A stretch of DNA of 38,800 nt. Origin: a virus (taxonomy: Duplodnaviria > Caudoviricetes). A program made the position numbers and the translations under genes. This document shows positions 25,995 to 35,626 of the stretch, piece after piece; the first letter of the stretch is position 1, and each line of letters begins with the position of its first letter. The DNA lies in IMG/VR virus record IMGVR_UViG_3300017655_000013, positions 1 through 38,800 of that record, one strand, 5' to 3'. The notes under the pieces were generated by a model that saw only the letters and a program-made list of their open reading frames with translations, searched no databases and was not told where the DNA came from.

Positions 25995-26396
25995 ATGTCC
26001 GAGACCAAACCCGCGCCGCGCCTCGTCAACCTGCTCGCGTCGCTCACCTTCTTTCAGACGGTTCGTTGCTCCCTGCCGGGCAGTGACGGCGAGGGCCGGC
26101 GCCCGTTCGAGTTCAAGGGCGAGTTCAAACTCATGCCGCAGGCCGAGTGGGAGGAACTGATCGAGGATTCGACGAAGAGCGAAGCGCTGCGCGAGGTGCT
26201 CGTCGGCGTCAGCGACAACGTGCCGGGCGGCACCCTGGAGGATGGCACCGTGCTCACGCCGGTGGATACCGTCATCTACAACCCGCTGACGTGCGATGCC
26301 GCGGTGGCGGCCTACAACCTGTACGTGTCGGAAGACAGCCGTGCGCTGTTCAAGGACGCCGGCCGGCGAAAAAACTCGAAGCGATCGCGGCGCTAA
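25995..26396 (+). CDS. tail assembly chaperone (G-like)
   Basis: Position; ends RRKNSKRSRR across the slippery site. Confidence 0.85.
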   Translation: MSETKPAPRLVNLLASLTFFQTVRCSLPGSDGEGRRPFEFKGEFKLMPQAEWEELIEDSTKSEALREVLVGVSDNVPGGTLEDGTVLTPVDTVIYNPLTCDAAVAAYNLYVSEDSRALFKDAGRRKNSKRSRR

Positions 26397-26836
26397 AGGG
26401 CGGCGCCCCGATCGACGAAGCGATCGAAGCCTGGTTGATCCCGCCGTCGGATGACGGCGGGATCGAGGATGAGGAAGACGCCGAGGACGACGGCGACACG
26501 GATGACGGATTCGAGCTGGTCGACCTGGCTGCCGAGGCGGACGAACCCGAGCCGGACGAGGACATCGAGGTCTACGAGATCGGCGTGCTGCCGGACAACC
26601 TCGTGATCGTCGAGACGCTCGACCGGTGCCTGCCCGAGCTGTCCGTCGGCATGGGGGTGCTCTGGCGTGGCGTGCAGGCAACCGAAATCTTGGCGGCCTG
26701 CAAGCTGGGACACGTGCCGCGCAAGGTCTGGCCGGAAGTCATCGACGGCGTGCAGCTGATGGCACGCATCGTTGCCGGCATCCGCAACGACGACGAGGCC
26801 GCCCGCGCCGAGACACGGAAGAACCAGAAGAGCTAG
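26369..26836 (+). CDS. -1 frameshift extension of the tail chaperone (GT-like, DUF1799-like)
   Basis: In-frame heptamer A AAA AAC at 26369-26375; the -1 frame is open to 26836. Confidence 0.8.
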   Translation, partial: KKLEAIAALKGGAPIDEAIEAWLIPPSDDGGIEDEEDAEDDGDTDDGFELVDLAAEADEPEPDEDIEVYEIGVLPDNLVIVETLDRCLPELSVGMGVLWRGVQATEILAACKLGHVPRKVWPEVIDGVQLMARIVAGIRNDDEAARAETRKNQKS

Positions 26837-26997
26837 GCAAGCAGCCGAGCGACGAAACGGCCGAACAGGACCAGGCCGGCAACACCCACAAGCGCGAGGA
26901 GCGCGATCGGCCCGGCGGCAACCGCGGCCACGAACAGGCCGGCGACCGCGAGGAACGCGATCACAGCGGCGTACTTGGAAACCAGCGCCCAGGACAT
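26833..26997 (-). CDS. antisense small two-TM membrane protein (absent from the ORF track)
   Basis: MSWALVSKYAAVIAFLAVAGLFVAAVAAGPIALLALVGVAGLVLFGRFVARLLA, 54 aa; upstream TTGCGC-17-TTCAAT, 6 nt before the ATG. Confidence 0.75.
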   Translation of the reverse strand: MSWALVSKYAAVIAFLAVAGLFVAAVAAGPIALLALVGVAGLVLFGRFVARLLA

Positions 26998-27032
26998 GGG
27001 CGCATTGAATCATCGGGAACCGCACTGCGCAA

Positions 27033-30000
27033 ATGACCGACGTCGTCGTCAAGCTGACCATCACCGGCGACGGCACCGTCGCAGTGAAGGCCGTCAACGA
27101 TGTTGCGGCCGCAAGCGAGCGGGCGACCGGCCGCGTCCGCCGCGACTCGGCCGACATGGCGCAGTCCTGGGCGGTGTCCGCAAAGGGCGCCGCCAGCCTC
27201 TCTACCGAAGCCCAGCGGGCGGGCCGCATGGTCGCGGGGGCGTTCGTCGCGATCCAGGCGGCCGGTGGCGTCCGCGCGTTGGCTTCGGACCTGATCGGCT
27301 ATGCAGACGGCTGGTCGCAGATTTCAGCCCGTGTGCGCCTGGCCAGCGACGACCAGGCGCAGGCCGCGGCGACGATGGAGCAGCTCTACGCGAGCAGCCA
27401 GCGCACCGGCACGCAGCTCGACTCGTCCGTCACGCTCTACACGCGACTGGCGCAGTCCACGACTGACCTCGGGCTAACCCAGCAACGGCTGCTGCCGCTG
27501 GCCGAGGCCATCAACCAGACCTTCGCCGTTTCGGGTACGGGTGCCCAGGCCGCGAGCAACGCGATCATTCAGCTGACCCAGGCGTTCGCAGGCGGCATCC
27601 TGCGCGCCGAGGAATACAACTCGATCATCGAGAATTCGCCGCGCCTGGCCAAGGCGCTCGCGGACGGCCTCGGGATCTCGGTCGGCCAGCTGCGTCAGCA
27701 AGTCAATGCCGGCGAGGTGAGCGTCGAGCGCATGGTCCGCGCGCTCGAAAGCCAGGTCAGCACGATCAAGGCCGAGTTCGACCAGCTTCCGCTGACCGTC
27801 GGTCGTGCCTGGACGATGCTCGAAAACTCGGTCCTGCGCTATGTCGGCATCGCCGACCAGGGCGCCGGTGCGTCGCTGCTCATCGCCAACGCGCTGCTCG
27901 AAGTCGCCGAGAACATCGACCTGGTGCTGCTGGCGATCGCCGGCCTCGGCGCCGCGCACCTGGCCAGCGCGGCGCAGTCGCTGATCCAGGACCAGGCACA
28001 GCGCCGCGTGGCCGCCTCGGCGCTGGCCGAAGCCGAGGCGCAGGTCGCCAAGCTGCGTGCACAGGCGCCGCTCCTGGGCAGCACGACCGCGCTCGCCGCG
28101 GCCGAGCTGCAGCTGGCGCGCGCGCAGGAGGCCGCGACGGCGGCTGGCGTCGGCAAGATCACGATGCTCGGCCGGCTCGGCTCGGGCCTGCTCTCGCTCG
28201 CCGGTGGACCGGTCGGTGTTGCGGTGCTGGCGATCGCCGGCCTCGTCGCTGGGATCAATGCAGTATCGAAAGCAGAGGACGAGCGGCAGCGCGTATTCAA
28301 GGCCGGTGTCGACGACATTACGAAGCTGACTTCGCGGATCAACGCGCTCAACGAGCAGATCGAGCGTTGGCGCCAAGGCCACGGTGAGCTGCCTGATTTC
28401 GGGCAGACCTATGCCACCTGGGCGCAGGGCGCCGACGAGCTGGCACGGGCACAGGATGAGCTCAACGCCAAGCGTGCCGCGATAGAGGGCATCGAAGCAC
28501 GCATTCAGGTTGCACAGACATCAACGAACGAAGCCGCTGGTCTCCAGTTGCTCGGCCTGGTGCCCAAGCTGCAGAAGCTCCAGGACGAGTACAAAATCCT
28601 GGAAGCCGTCGTGACGGCGTTGGGCGCCGCCCAGGGCCGACTGGATGTTCAAGTTTTCGTCGACCCTGGCCAAGCGACAGTTGCGAGCGATCAATCCGTC
28701 CAGGCGCTCGCCCGCCTGACGGCCGCGGCCAAGTCGGCCGAAGCGCAGATCGACAAGAACAAGCAGGGGCAGCTCGCGTACTGGCAGGCCCTGGCCGCCA
28801 CGCGAATCGAGCAGGCCCGCGCTGCCGGCGCGACGGCTGACCAGGTCGCGGTCATGGAGCGCGAACACGCGGCGCTGCTCAAGACGATCGACGCCGGCAT
28901 CAAGTCCAACAGCACCAAGGCATCGGGCGCCAAGGCGTCGAACGATGCGGCCAAGGCGGCGCGCGACTACATCACGGACCTGCAGAAGCAGGTGGCCACG
29001 TTCGGCCAGACCGACGCAGCGGCGGCGCGCTACGAGCTCGGCACGAAGAAGCTCACTGCGGCACAGCGCGAGCAGGCGCTCGGCCTGATCGCGCAGCTGG
29101 AACAGTGGGAGAAGCTGACCGGCGTCGTTGACAAGGCCGCCGACGCCTGGGCCGAGTTCCTGACCGGCAACCGATCGCTCGACGAGCAGCTCGCGCAAGG
29201 CCGCGACCGGCTGGCCGGCCTCAGCGACGCGCAGATCGACTACAACGCATCGCTGCGCGAGGCAAACCGCCTGGCCGAAGAGGCGCTCGCGCTCGGGCCG
29301 CCGACGGTCGAGCAGCAGCGGCTGCTGGAAGATCGCCTGCGCAAGCTGGCCGAGCTGCGCGACCAGCGCGCCGCGATCGACGCCTACACGGAAGCCGTCG
29401 ACCGCAACCGTGCGGCCGCCGAGGAATGGGATCGCGCCTGGGACCAGGCGACCGGCGACGTCGCGACGGTGCTGGCTGACTTCGTCGTTGGCCAGATCAA
29501 GAGCTTCTCGGACCTCGGCGACGCGCTGCTGGGCATCGTCCGGCGCACCGTCGCCGACATGATCGCCGAGTATCTCAAGCTCCAGATCATCAACCCCTTG
29601 CTCAACCAGCTGCTGGGGACCGGCCTGCAGTCGGGCGGCGGCGTGCTGCAGGGGATCATGTCGCTGTTCGGTGGTGGTGCCGGCGGCGGCTCGGGCGGCG
29701 GCATCCTGTCGGGCATCACGCAGGCGTTCAGCGGCGGCGGCGGTGGGCTGTTCTCGGCGCAGAACTGGATGCAGGCCGGGCAATCGATCTGGTCGGGCTT
29801 CTTCGGCGGCGCGCAAGCCGCGGGCGGCCTGGCCGGCATCACGTCGGCCGCAACGGGCATGTACGGCGCGGGCACGGCTGTCACGGGGCTCGGCAGCTTC
29901 GGATACGCGGGCGCGGCACCGTGGATGACGTCGACCGGCATGGTGGGCCTCGGCGGCGCGGGCTACACCGGCGCGGGTGCGGGTGCCGCGACCAGCGGTG

Positions 30001-33000
30001 CGATGACATCGAGCATGGCGGTGCCGATCATCGGCTGGATTGTCGCCGCGGTCATGGCCAACATGTCGCTCTACAGCCAGGGTTGGCGCGGCGACTTCGG
30101 CAGCATGGACCTCGGCGGTCGCAACGCCGTGCTCAACGGCGCAACGGGCGGCGGGGCCTGGGCCAGTGCGGCCGCGGGCGAGCTGTTCCGCGGCATCGGC
30201 CTCGGCGGCGAGCTCAGCAACCTCCTGAGCGGCGAGGCGCTGTGGGGCACGCTGTTCGGGCGCCGCAAGCCGCGCGTCAGCGGTTACACGCAGGATTTCC
30301 TCTTCGGTCCGGAGGGCGCCGACGTGGCCGCTGCCGTCAACTGGCGCGCCAAGGGCGGCCTGTTCAGCAGCGATCGCACCGGCTCGCAGGCGATCGACGT
30401 GGACGCCGCGATCCTGCGCGAGGTCGAGCAGTTCTGGGAGTCGGTGACGCGCTCGATGTCGAGTGTGGCGCGCCGCTTCGGCGCCGAGGCGCCCGAGTCG
30501 ATCTCGGCGTCGTTCCGCGAGGAGTACAACAAGAAGGGCGAGCTGGTCCGCAGTATTGGTACGCTGATGGGCGTGCAGTACGAGGAGGCCTGGGAAGTCT
30601 TCCAGCAGCGAATCCTTGCGGAAAACCTCATCGCGACGCTGGGCGCGACGGCGATCGGCGCGGGCGCCAGCGAGCTCGCCGAGCGCTGGCGCGGCGACGC
30701 GGCCGCGCTGCTCGACGGCGCGCGCATGATGATCGCGGCATCGGATGACATCCGGCGCGGTGCCGGCCTGCTCGGCAGCAAGTCCGGGCTCGGCGCCGTG
30801 GTCGATCTGGTCGCCGACCTGGCGCTGGCGGGCGAGTCGCTCGTCGACGCGTACGCGCGGATCAGCGAGGCCACGCGGCTGTACGAGACCGCGCTGGTGC
30901 TCACCGGCAACACGTTCGACGGCACGCGCGAGCAGCTGGTGCGCTTCGCCGTCGATATCGCCGAGGCGGCCGGCGGCATCGAGGCCGCCTCGGCGCTGTG
31001 GAACGCCTACTTCGCGAACTACTACGACGCCAACACCACGGCCGCCCTGCAGCTCGACGCGCTGTGGACCTCGGCACGCCAGCAGCTTGGCGACCTCGGC
31101 CTCGCGCCGGACATCGATATGTCCGGGTTCCGAGCGGCATTCGAGGCGGCACTGCCGCGCCTGACGCCGGACCAGATCGTGACCTGGCTGCAGGCGGCCG
31201 ATGCGCTCGCCCAGGCCACGGCCGCCCAGGCCGCGTACACGGCCGCGATCGTCGAAGGCAGCCTCAACTACATCGGGATCGTGTCGCAGCTGGAGACCGA
31301 GCTCGGCCGCAGCAGCGGCTTTGCCGGCAACCTGGCGCAGATTCGGCTGTGGGAGCAGAGCACGACGCGGGCGCTCAACGATGCGGCGCGCGCCGCCGGG
31401 CGCATGGGCGCGTCCGAGCGCGATCTGGCCATGGTGCGCGAGGTTGCCGAGCAGCGCGTGCAGCAGCTGATTGCGCAACTGCGCGCGTCCGTGGTGTCGA
31501 TCCGCGACCAGCTCTATGGCGGCGCGACGGCCGCGGCTGAATCGTGGGGCGGCACGGTCGCCGACCAGGTCGACACGATCGCACGGGCCACAGACGACCT
31601 GTACCGGCGCCAGCTCGCCGGCATCCAGGCCAACCGCGACTACCTGGACCAGATGCTGCTGGGCGACCTGTCGGCGCTCACGCCGCAGGGGCAGCTCGAC
31701 GAGGCGTGGCGCCAGCTGCTCGAAATGCAGCAGGCGGCCCTCGGCGGCGACGCGGACGCGATGGCGGCGCTGCCGCAGCTCGCGGACGTGTTCTTGCGGC
31801 TGCTGCGCGCCTACACGGCGAGCGGGGCCGACTACGAGCACGGCGTCAACGGCGTCGGTGGTTTTTGGGACGTCCGGGCCCTCATCGAGGCCGTGGCGGC
31901 GATGTCGCCGACCGTGCCGGAGCCAAGCCTGGGCACGGGCACTGGTGGCAGCGCCGGTACGCCGGTCACGGTCGAGTCGTTCAACGAGGCCCTGGCGGTC
32001 AACCGCGCGGAGCTCGCGCAGCAGCTGGTCGGCTACATCGCCGATCTGGCGGCGGCGGTCCAGCGGCCGGTGTTCGATCTGCTGGACGAAATGGACATCA
32101 GCCTGCGGTCGCTCGTCGACGACCTGGGCATCAACCTGCGCGACATCACGGCCGAATCCGTCCGCGGCCTGGCGCAGCTCGCGGCCACGTTCGGCGTCAG
32201 CCTCACGGAGCTGACCGCCGAGCTCGGCCTGCAGCTGACCGCCCTGGGCGACGGCGTGCGCGACCTCGCGACGCAGATGGGCATTGATCTGACCGCGATG
32301 ACCGTGGCCAGCACGCAGTCGCTCGCGGACCTGGCGCGGCAGCTCGGCGTCGATCTTGGTGAGCTGGCCACGGCGGTCGGCATCGACCTCGGCGACCTGG
32401 CCAGCGCACAGTCTCTGCTCAACCAGGCGCTGGCGGCCGAAATCGCCGCACTGCCTGCTGATCAACGCGATCTGCTGGCGCCGCTGCTCGCCGACATCAG
32501 CAACGCGACGACACGCGCGGACGCCAACGCCGCAATCGCAGCGCTGGAGGCGGCGGTCCTGCTGCTTCCGCCGGACCTGCGCGACCTGCTCGCACCGTAC
32601 CTTGCCGGCGTCGACCCGGCCACCGCGCTCACGCAGCTCGACTACCTGGGCACGCTCAACGACACGGCAACGGCGCAGCTCGATCGGCTCGACCAGCAGC
32701 TGCGCCTGCTCGACCGCGTCAATAGCAACCTCGCGGCCGCTAACCAGTTCCAGGGCCTGCCGAGCTATGCCGTCGGCACCGGCTTCGTCATGGGCGACCA
32801 GATCGCGCAGATCCATCACGCGGAAGCCGTCGTGCCGGCACACGTCAACGCGTGGCTGCGCTCGGCTGGTTGGCAGCTGCCGAGCTTCGGCGGCGACACG
32901 CGCGCGATCGAGGGTTGGCTGTCCCGTATCGCTGCGTCGTGCGAGCGGATTGTCGATCGGCTCGACGACGCTGCCGAGACGATCAGCAAGTCGGTGAAGG

Positions 33001-33080
33001 AGAGCTCCGATGAGGCGGCCCAGCGCGTCGAGACGGCCGTCGAACTGGCTGTCCAGAACGGCCCGCGAGGGCGCGACTGA
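27033..33080 (+). CDS. tape measure protein
   Basis: N-terminal tape-measure domain (QLTQAFAGGILRAEEYNSIIENSPRL), Ala-rich helices, C-terminal PSYAVGT...IHHAEAVVPA. Confidence 0.95.
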   Translation: MTDVVVKLTITGDGTVAVKAVNDVAAASERATGRVRRDSADMAQSWAVSAKGAASLSTEAQRAGRMVAGAFVAIQAAGGVRALASDLIGYADGWSQISARVRLASDDQAQAAATMEQLYASSQRTGTQLDSSVTLYTRLAQSTTDLGLTQQRLLPLAEAINQTFAVSGTGAQAASNAIIQLTQAFAGGILRAEEYNSIIENSPRLAKALADGLGISVGQLRQQVNAGEVSVERMVRALESQVSTIKAEFDQLPLTVGRAWTMLENSVLRYVGIADQGAGASLLIANALLEVAENIDLVLLAIAGLGAAHLASAAQSLIQDQAQRRVAASALAEAEAQVAKLRAQAPLLGSTTALAAAELQLARAQEAATAAGVGKITMLGRLGSGLLSLAGGPVGVAVLAIAGLVAGINAVSKAEDERQRVFKAGVDDITKLTSRINALNEQIERWRQGHGELPDFGQTYATWAQGADELARAQDELNAKRAAIEGIEARIQVAQTSTNEAAGLQLLGLVPKLQKLQDEYKILEAVVTALGAAQGRLDVQVFVDPGQATVASDQSVQALARLTAAAKSAEAQIDKNKQGQLAYWQALAATRIEQARAAGATADQVAVMEREHAALLKTIDAGIKSNSTKASGAKASNDAAKAARDYITDLQKQVATFGQTDAAAARYELGTKKLTAAQREQALGLIAQLEQWEKLTGVVDKAADAWAEFLTGNRSLDEQLAQGRDRLAGLSDAQIDYNASLREANRLAEEALALGPPTVEQQRLLEDRLRKLAELRDQRAAIDAYTEAVDRNRAAAEEWDRAWDQATGDVATVLADFVVGQIKSFSDLGDALLGIVRRTVADMIAEYLKLQIINPLLNQLLGTGLQSGGGVLQGIMSLFGGGAGGGSGGGILSGITQAFSGGGGGLFSAQNWMQAGQSIWSGFFGGAQAAGGLAGITSAATGMYGAGTAVTGLGSFGYAGAAPWMTSTGMVGLGGAGYTGAGAGAATSGAMTSSMAVPIIGWIVAAVMANMSLYSQGWRGDFGSMDLGGRNAVLNGATGGGAWASAAAGELFRGIGLGGELSNLLSGEALWGTLFGRRKPRVSGYTQDFLFGPEGADVAAAVNWRAKGGLFSSDRTGSQAIDVDAAILREVEQFWESVTRSMSSVARRFGAEAPESISASFREEYNKKGELVRSIGTLMGVQYEEAWEVFQQRILAENLIATLGATAIGAGASELAERWRGDAAALLDGARMMIAASDDIRRGAGLLGSKSGLGAVVDLVADLALAGESLVDAYARISEATRLYETALVLTGNTFDGTREQLVRFAVDIAEAAGGIEAASALWNAYFANYYDANTTAALQLDALWTSARQQLGDLGLAPDIDMSGFRAAFEAALPRLTPDQIVTWLQAADALAQATAAQAAYTAAIVEGSLNYIGIVSQLETELGRSSGFAGNLAQIRLWEQSTTRALNDAARAAGRMGASERDLAMVREVAEQRVQQLIAQLRASVVSIRDQLYGGATAAAESWGGTVADQVDTIARATDDLYRRQLAGIQANRDYLDQMLLGDLSALTPQGQLDEAWRQLLEMQQAALGGDADAMAALPQLADVFLRLLRAYTASGADYEHGVNGVGGFWDVRALIEAVAAMSPTVPEPSLGTGTGGSAGTPVTVESFNEALAVNRAELAQQLVGYIADLAAAVQRPVFDLLDEMDISLRSLVDDLGINLRDITAESVRGLAQLAATFGVSLTELTAELGLQLTALGDGVRDLATQMGIDLTAMTVASTQSLADLARQLGVDLGELATAVGIDLGDLASAQSLLNQALAAEIAALPADQRDLLAPLLADISNATTRADANAAIAALEAAVLLLPPDLRDLLAPYLAGVDPATALTQLDYLGTLNDTATAQLDRLDQQLRLLDRVNSNLAAANQFQGLPSYAVGTGFVMGDQIAQIHHAEAVVPAHVNAWLRSAGWQLPSFGGDTRAIEGWLSRIAASCERIVDRLDDAAETISKSVKESSDEAAQRVETAVELAVQNGPRGRD

Positions 33081-35626
33081 TGGCGGAGCGGCGCCGCATC
33101 CTGCTGCTCGAAGCGCGGCCGCGCAAGCCGCTGCCGATCGTGTTCGGCACGTGGAATCCGCTCGACAAGAGCGCGGGTGTGACGCTCAGCAACGGCAACC
33201 TGACGGCATCGCCGACAACGGCCACGTCGGATGGCGGCGTGCGCGGAACGGCCGCGATGACGACCGGCATCCACTACTGGGAGGTCCGTGCGGCGGCGAT
33301 CGCGCAGGGCACGTTCGTCTTGCAGGTCGGCATCGCGTCGGCCGCGCACACGCTCGGCAACCAGCTCGGCTTCGATGCCGGCATCGACAGCATTCAGGGT
33401 TGCGACCTGGCCGGCAACTGGCGCGTCGCCGGTGTCGTCTCCAGCGGCGGTAGCGGCATGGGCGCGCTGGCCACGGCTGACATCATTCGCAACTGGTACG
33501 ACGCGGACAACGGCGTCTACCGATGCGCCCGCAACGGCGGCTTGTGGTACACGATCATCAGCGATCCGACCCTGAGCACGCGGGCCTGGTATCCGATCGT
33601 CCAGCTGTCGCGTGGGAAGCAAGTGGTCGCGAACTTCGGCGCCAGCGCATTCGCTCACTACGCTGCATTCGGTGACCAGGCGCGGCCGGGTGTTTACCCA
33701 AACCCCGGCACGGTCGAGACGCCCGTCTACTTCTCCAGCTCCAAGTTCCGGGCGCCGGCCACGGACAAGCTGCCGGCCGTCCAGTACCAGCCACGGATTG
33801 CGCGCGACCCGGACTACGTGACCAATCGACAGGTGCGGCCGTGGGTCGTCGGCGGCCGCGGCAGCTCTGACCGCGGCCGCCTGGTCTTGCGCAACCAGGA
33901 CGGCGCGCTCGACGAGATGGCGAGCTGGGAGTGGCGTGATGCGCCGTACCAAGCGCTGGAGGGCTACGCGGGCGATGCACGGGCCGATTTCACGGTCCGC
34001 TCGGCCGGCCGCATCGAGGTCGCGCGGAAGGACGATGCGCGCAACCTGGTCGTCAGGATCGCCGACCCCGTCGCGGCGACCGAGCGGCTGCTGCAGACGC
34101 GTCTGTACCCGCCGACCTATGCCAACCCGGCGCTGGCCGGCAAGCCGTTGCCAATCGTCATCGGCCCGGCGCTCTTCTGCGGCGGCAAGCTGCGCACGCC
34201 GGACCTGCTCGACCCGGTTTCGTCCAATGCGCACGACTGGTCGTTCGAGCCCGTCGTGCTGGAGACGATCTACGACCGCGGCAATCCCTTTGCGGCGCCG
34301 CCGACCGATTGGGATTACCTCGCGGACGGCACCGGCGCGAAGCTCGTCAATCGGCCGGACGGTCCGGTCGTCGCGAACGTCATCGGCAGCTCGCGAGCCA
34401 ATGCGCTGCTGTTCGACGTCTGGAACGTGTGGGACTACCCGAGTTTTCCGGCCTGGGCCGGCGGCACGCCGTCCGGCTGGGTGAAGACCGGCACCGAAAC
34501 CGCCACGCGGCGGATTCAGCAGTCCGGCACGGCTGCGCAGTTTCTCGGCGACGGCACGGGCGACGTGCAGATCGCCCGCGGCTCGCTGGTCGCTGACGGC
34601 ACCGATGCGCTCTACTACGCCGAAATCACGATCAGCGCGTACACCTCGGGCTACGTCGCATTGCGCGCCGGCACGCAAGTCGTCCGCCGGCTGCGGGGTG
34701 TTGGCAAGCACGCGGTGCTGTTCTATGCGGCCGCCAGCAGCGCGCCCAACCTCGCCGTCGTAGCCGCGGCCGGCGCGACGAACGTCACGATTTCGGCAGC
34801 TCGGATGACGTACGCGCCGACGGCGCGCACCGTGACCGAGTTCGTTGCGCATGTGCAGCTGCTGGCCGGGCTCGGCTCGATCTTCATCGACCTGCCGGCG
34901 CCGATCAACGCGTACCGGCTCGGCACGTACATCGACGTGCCGATGACGGTGCGCACGCTGCTGCAGCAGGTCGTCGATAGCTTCTGCGGCTGGATGACAT
35001 CACGCCGCGACGGGTCACTCGCGATCGGTGCGCTCAATCGCTCGGCGGCGGCGCCGGTGCTGCGGCTGGACAATCGCTACATCCGCACAGTCACGCGCAC
35101 GATTCAACCGCTGACAGGCCTGACGACGCGAGTAGCCGGGCAGAAGAACCACCGCGTGCATACGGACGGCGAGCTCGCGAACAGCGTCGACGCGGCGGCG
35201 ATCGGCCGCGCCCAGGCGACGCCGGCAACGCGCGCCAACCTGACGTCGGAATATCTGTGCATCCGCGGCTGGTCACCGGCGACGGCGCCCGGCAAGGGCC
35301 TGATGACGGCGCCGACACCGCGGCTCACGACGGCGTATGTCCACGCTGAGGCCGCCACGGCCCAGGAGACGCTGCTGCAGCTGCCGGCGCAAATCCAGGC
35401 AGAGGCCAACCGCGTGCCGGCAATGCTGGGGCTATCGGAGGTGCCGGAGTACGTCGTTTCCGGCCCGCTCTCGGCCGTCGGCGGGCACCTCTTGGAACAC
35501 GGGCAGAAGATTTTCGTGGTGTGGGACGACCACGATCTGCAGGCGGGGAAGGAGCTCGTCGTGATGGGTGTTTACGATGAATTTTTCTCCGGCGAGGTCC
35601 GGCTAACACTGTGGGAGCTTCGGTGA
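33080..35626 (+). CDS. tail tip protein with N-terminal SPRY/ConA-like domain
   Basis: TWNPLDK...TLSNGNLT...GIHYWEV...VGIA...ANFG SPRY-like pattern; GKPLPIVIG tail-tip motif. Confidence 0.8.
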   Translation: MAERRRILLLEARPRKPLPIVFGTWNPLDKSAGVTLSNGNLTASPTTATSDGGVRGTAAMTTGIHYWEVRAAAIAQGTFVLQVGIASAAHTLGNQLGFDAGIDSIQGCDLAGNWRVAGVVSSGGSGMGALATADIIRNWYDADNGVYRCARNGGLWYTIISDPTLSTRAWYPIVQLSRGKQVVANFGASAFAHYAAFGDQARPGVYPNPGTVETPVYFSSSKFRAPATDKLPAVQYQPRIARDPDYVTNRQVRPWVVGGRGSSDRGRLVLRNQDGALDEMASWEWRDAPYQALEGYAGDARADFTVRSAGRIEVARKDDARNLVVRIADPVAATERLLQTRLYPPTYANPALAGKPLPIVIGPALFCGGKLRTPDLLDPVSSNAHDWSFEPVVLETIYDRGNPFAAPPTDWDYLADGTGAKLVNRPDGPVVANVIGSSRANALLFDVWNVWDYPSFPAWAGGTPSGWVKTGTETATRRIQQSGTAAQFLGDGTGDVQIARGSLVADGTDALYYAEITISAYTSGYVALRAGTQVVRRLRGVGKHAVLFYAAASSAPNLAVVAAAGATNVTISAARMTYAPTARTVTEFVAHVQLLAGLGSIFIDLPAPINAYRLGTYIDVPMTVRTLLQQVVDSFCGWMTSRRDGSLAIGALNRSAAAPVLRLDNRYIRTVTRTIQPLTGLTTRVAGQKNHRVHTDGELANSVDAAAIGRAQATPATRANLTSEYLCIRGWSPATAPGKGLMTAPTPRLTTAYVHAEAATAQETLLQLPAQIQAEANRVPAMLGLSEVPEYVVSGPLSAVGGHLLEHGQKIFVVWDDHDLQAGKELVVMGVYDEFFSGEVRLTLWELR

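Noticed and set aside
28521-32843. 1440-aa minus-strand ORF and other long shadow ORFs (4958-6448, 9083-10297, 18914-20146, 25260-26681, 32816-34852, 37543-38601)
   Set aside because: Antisense shadows of real genes in high-GC DNA; Arg/Ala-rich with no motifs.
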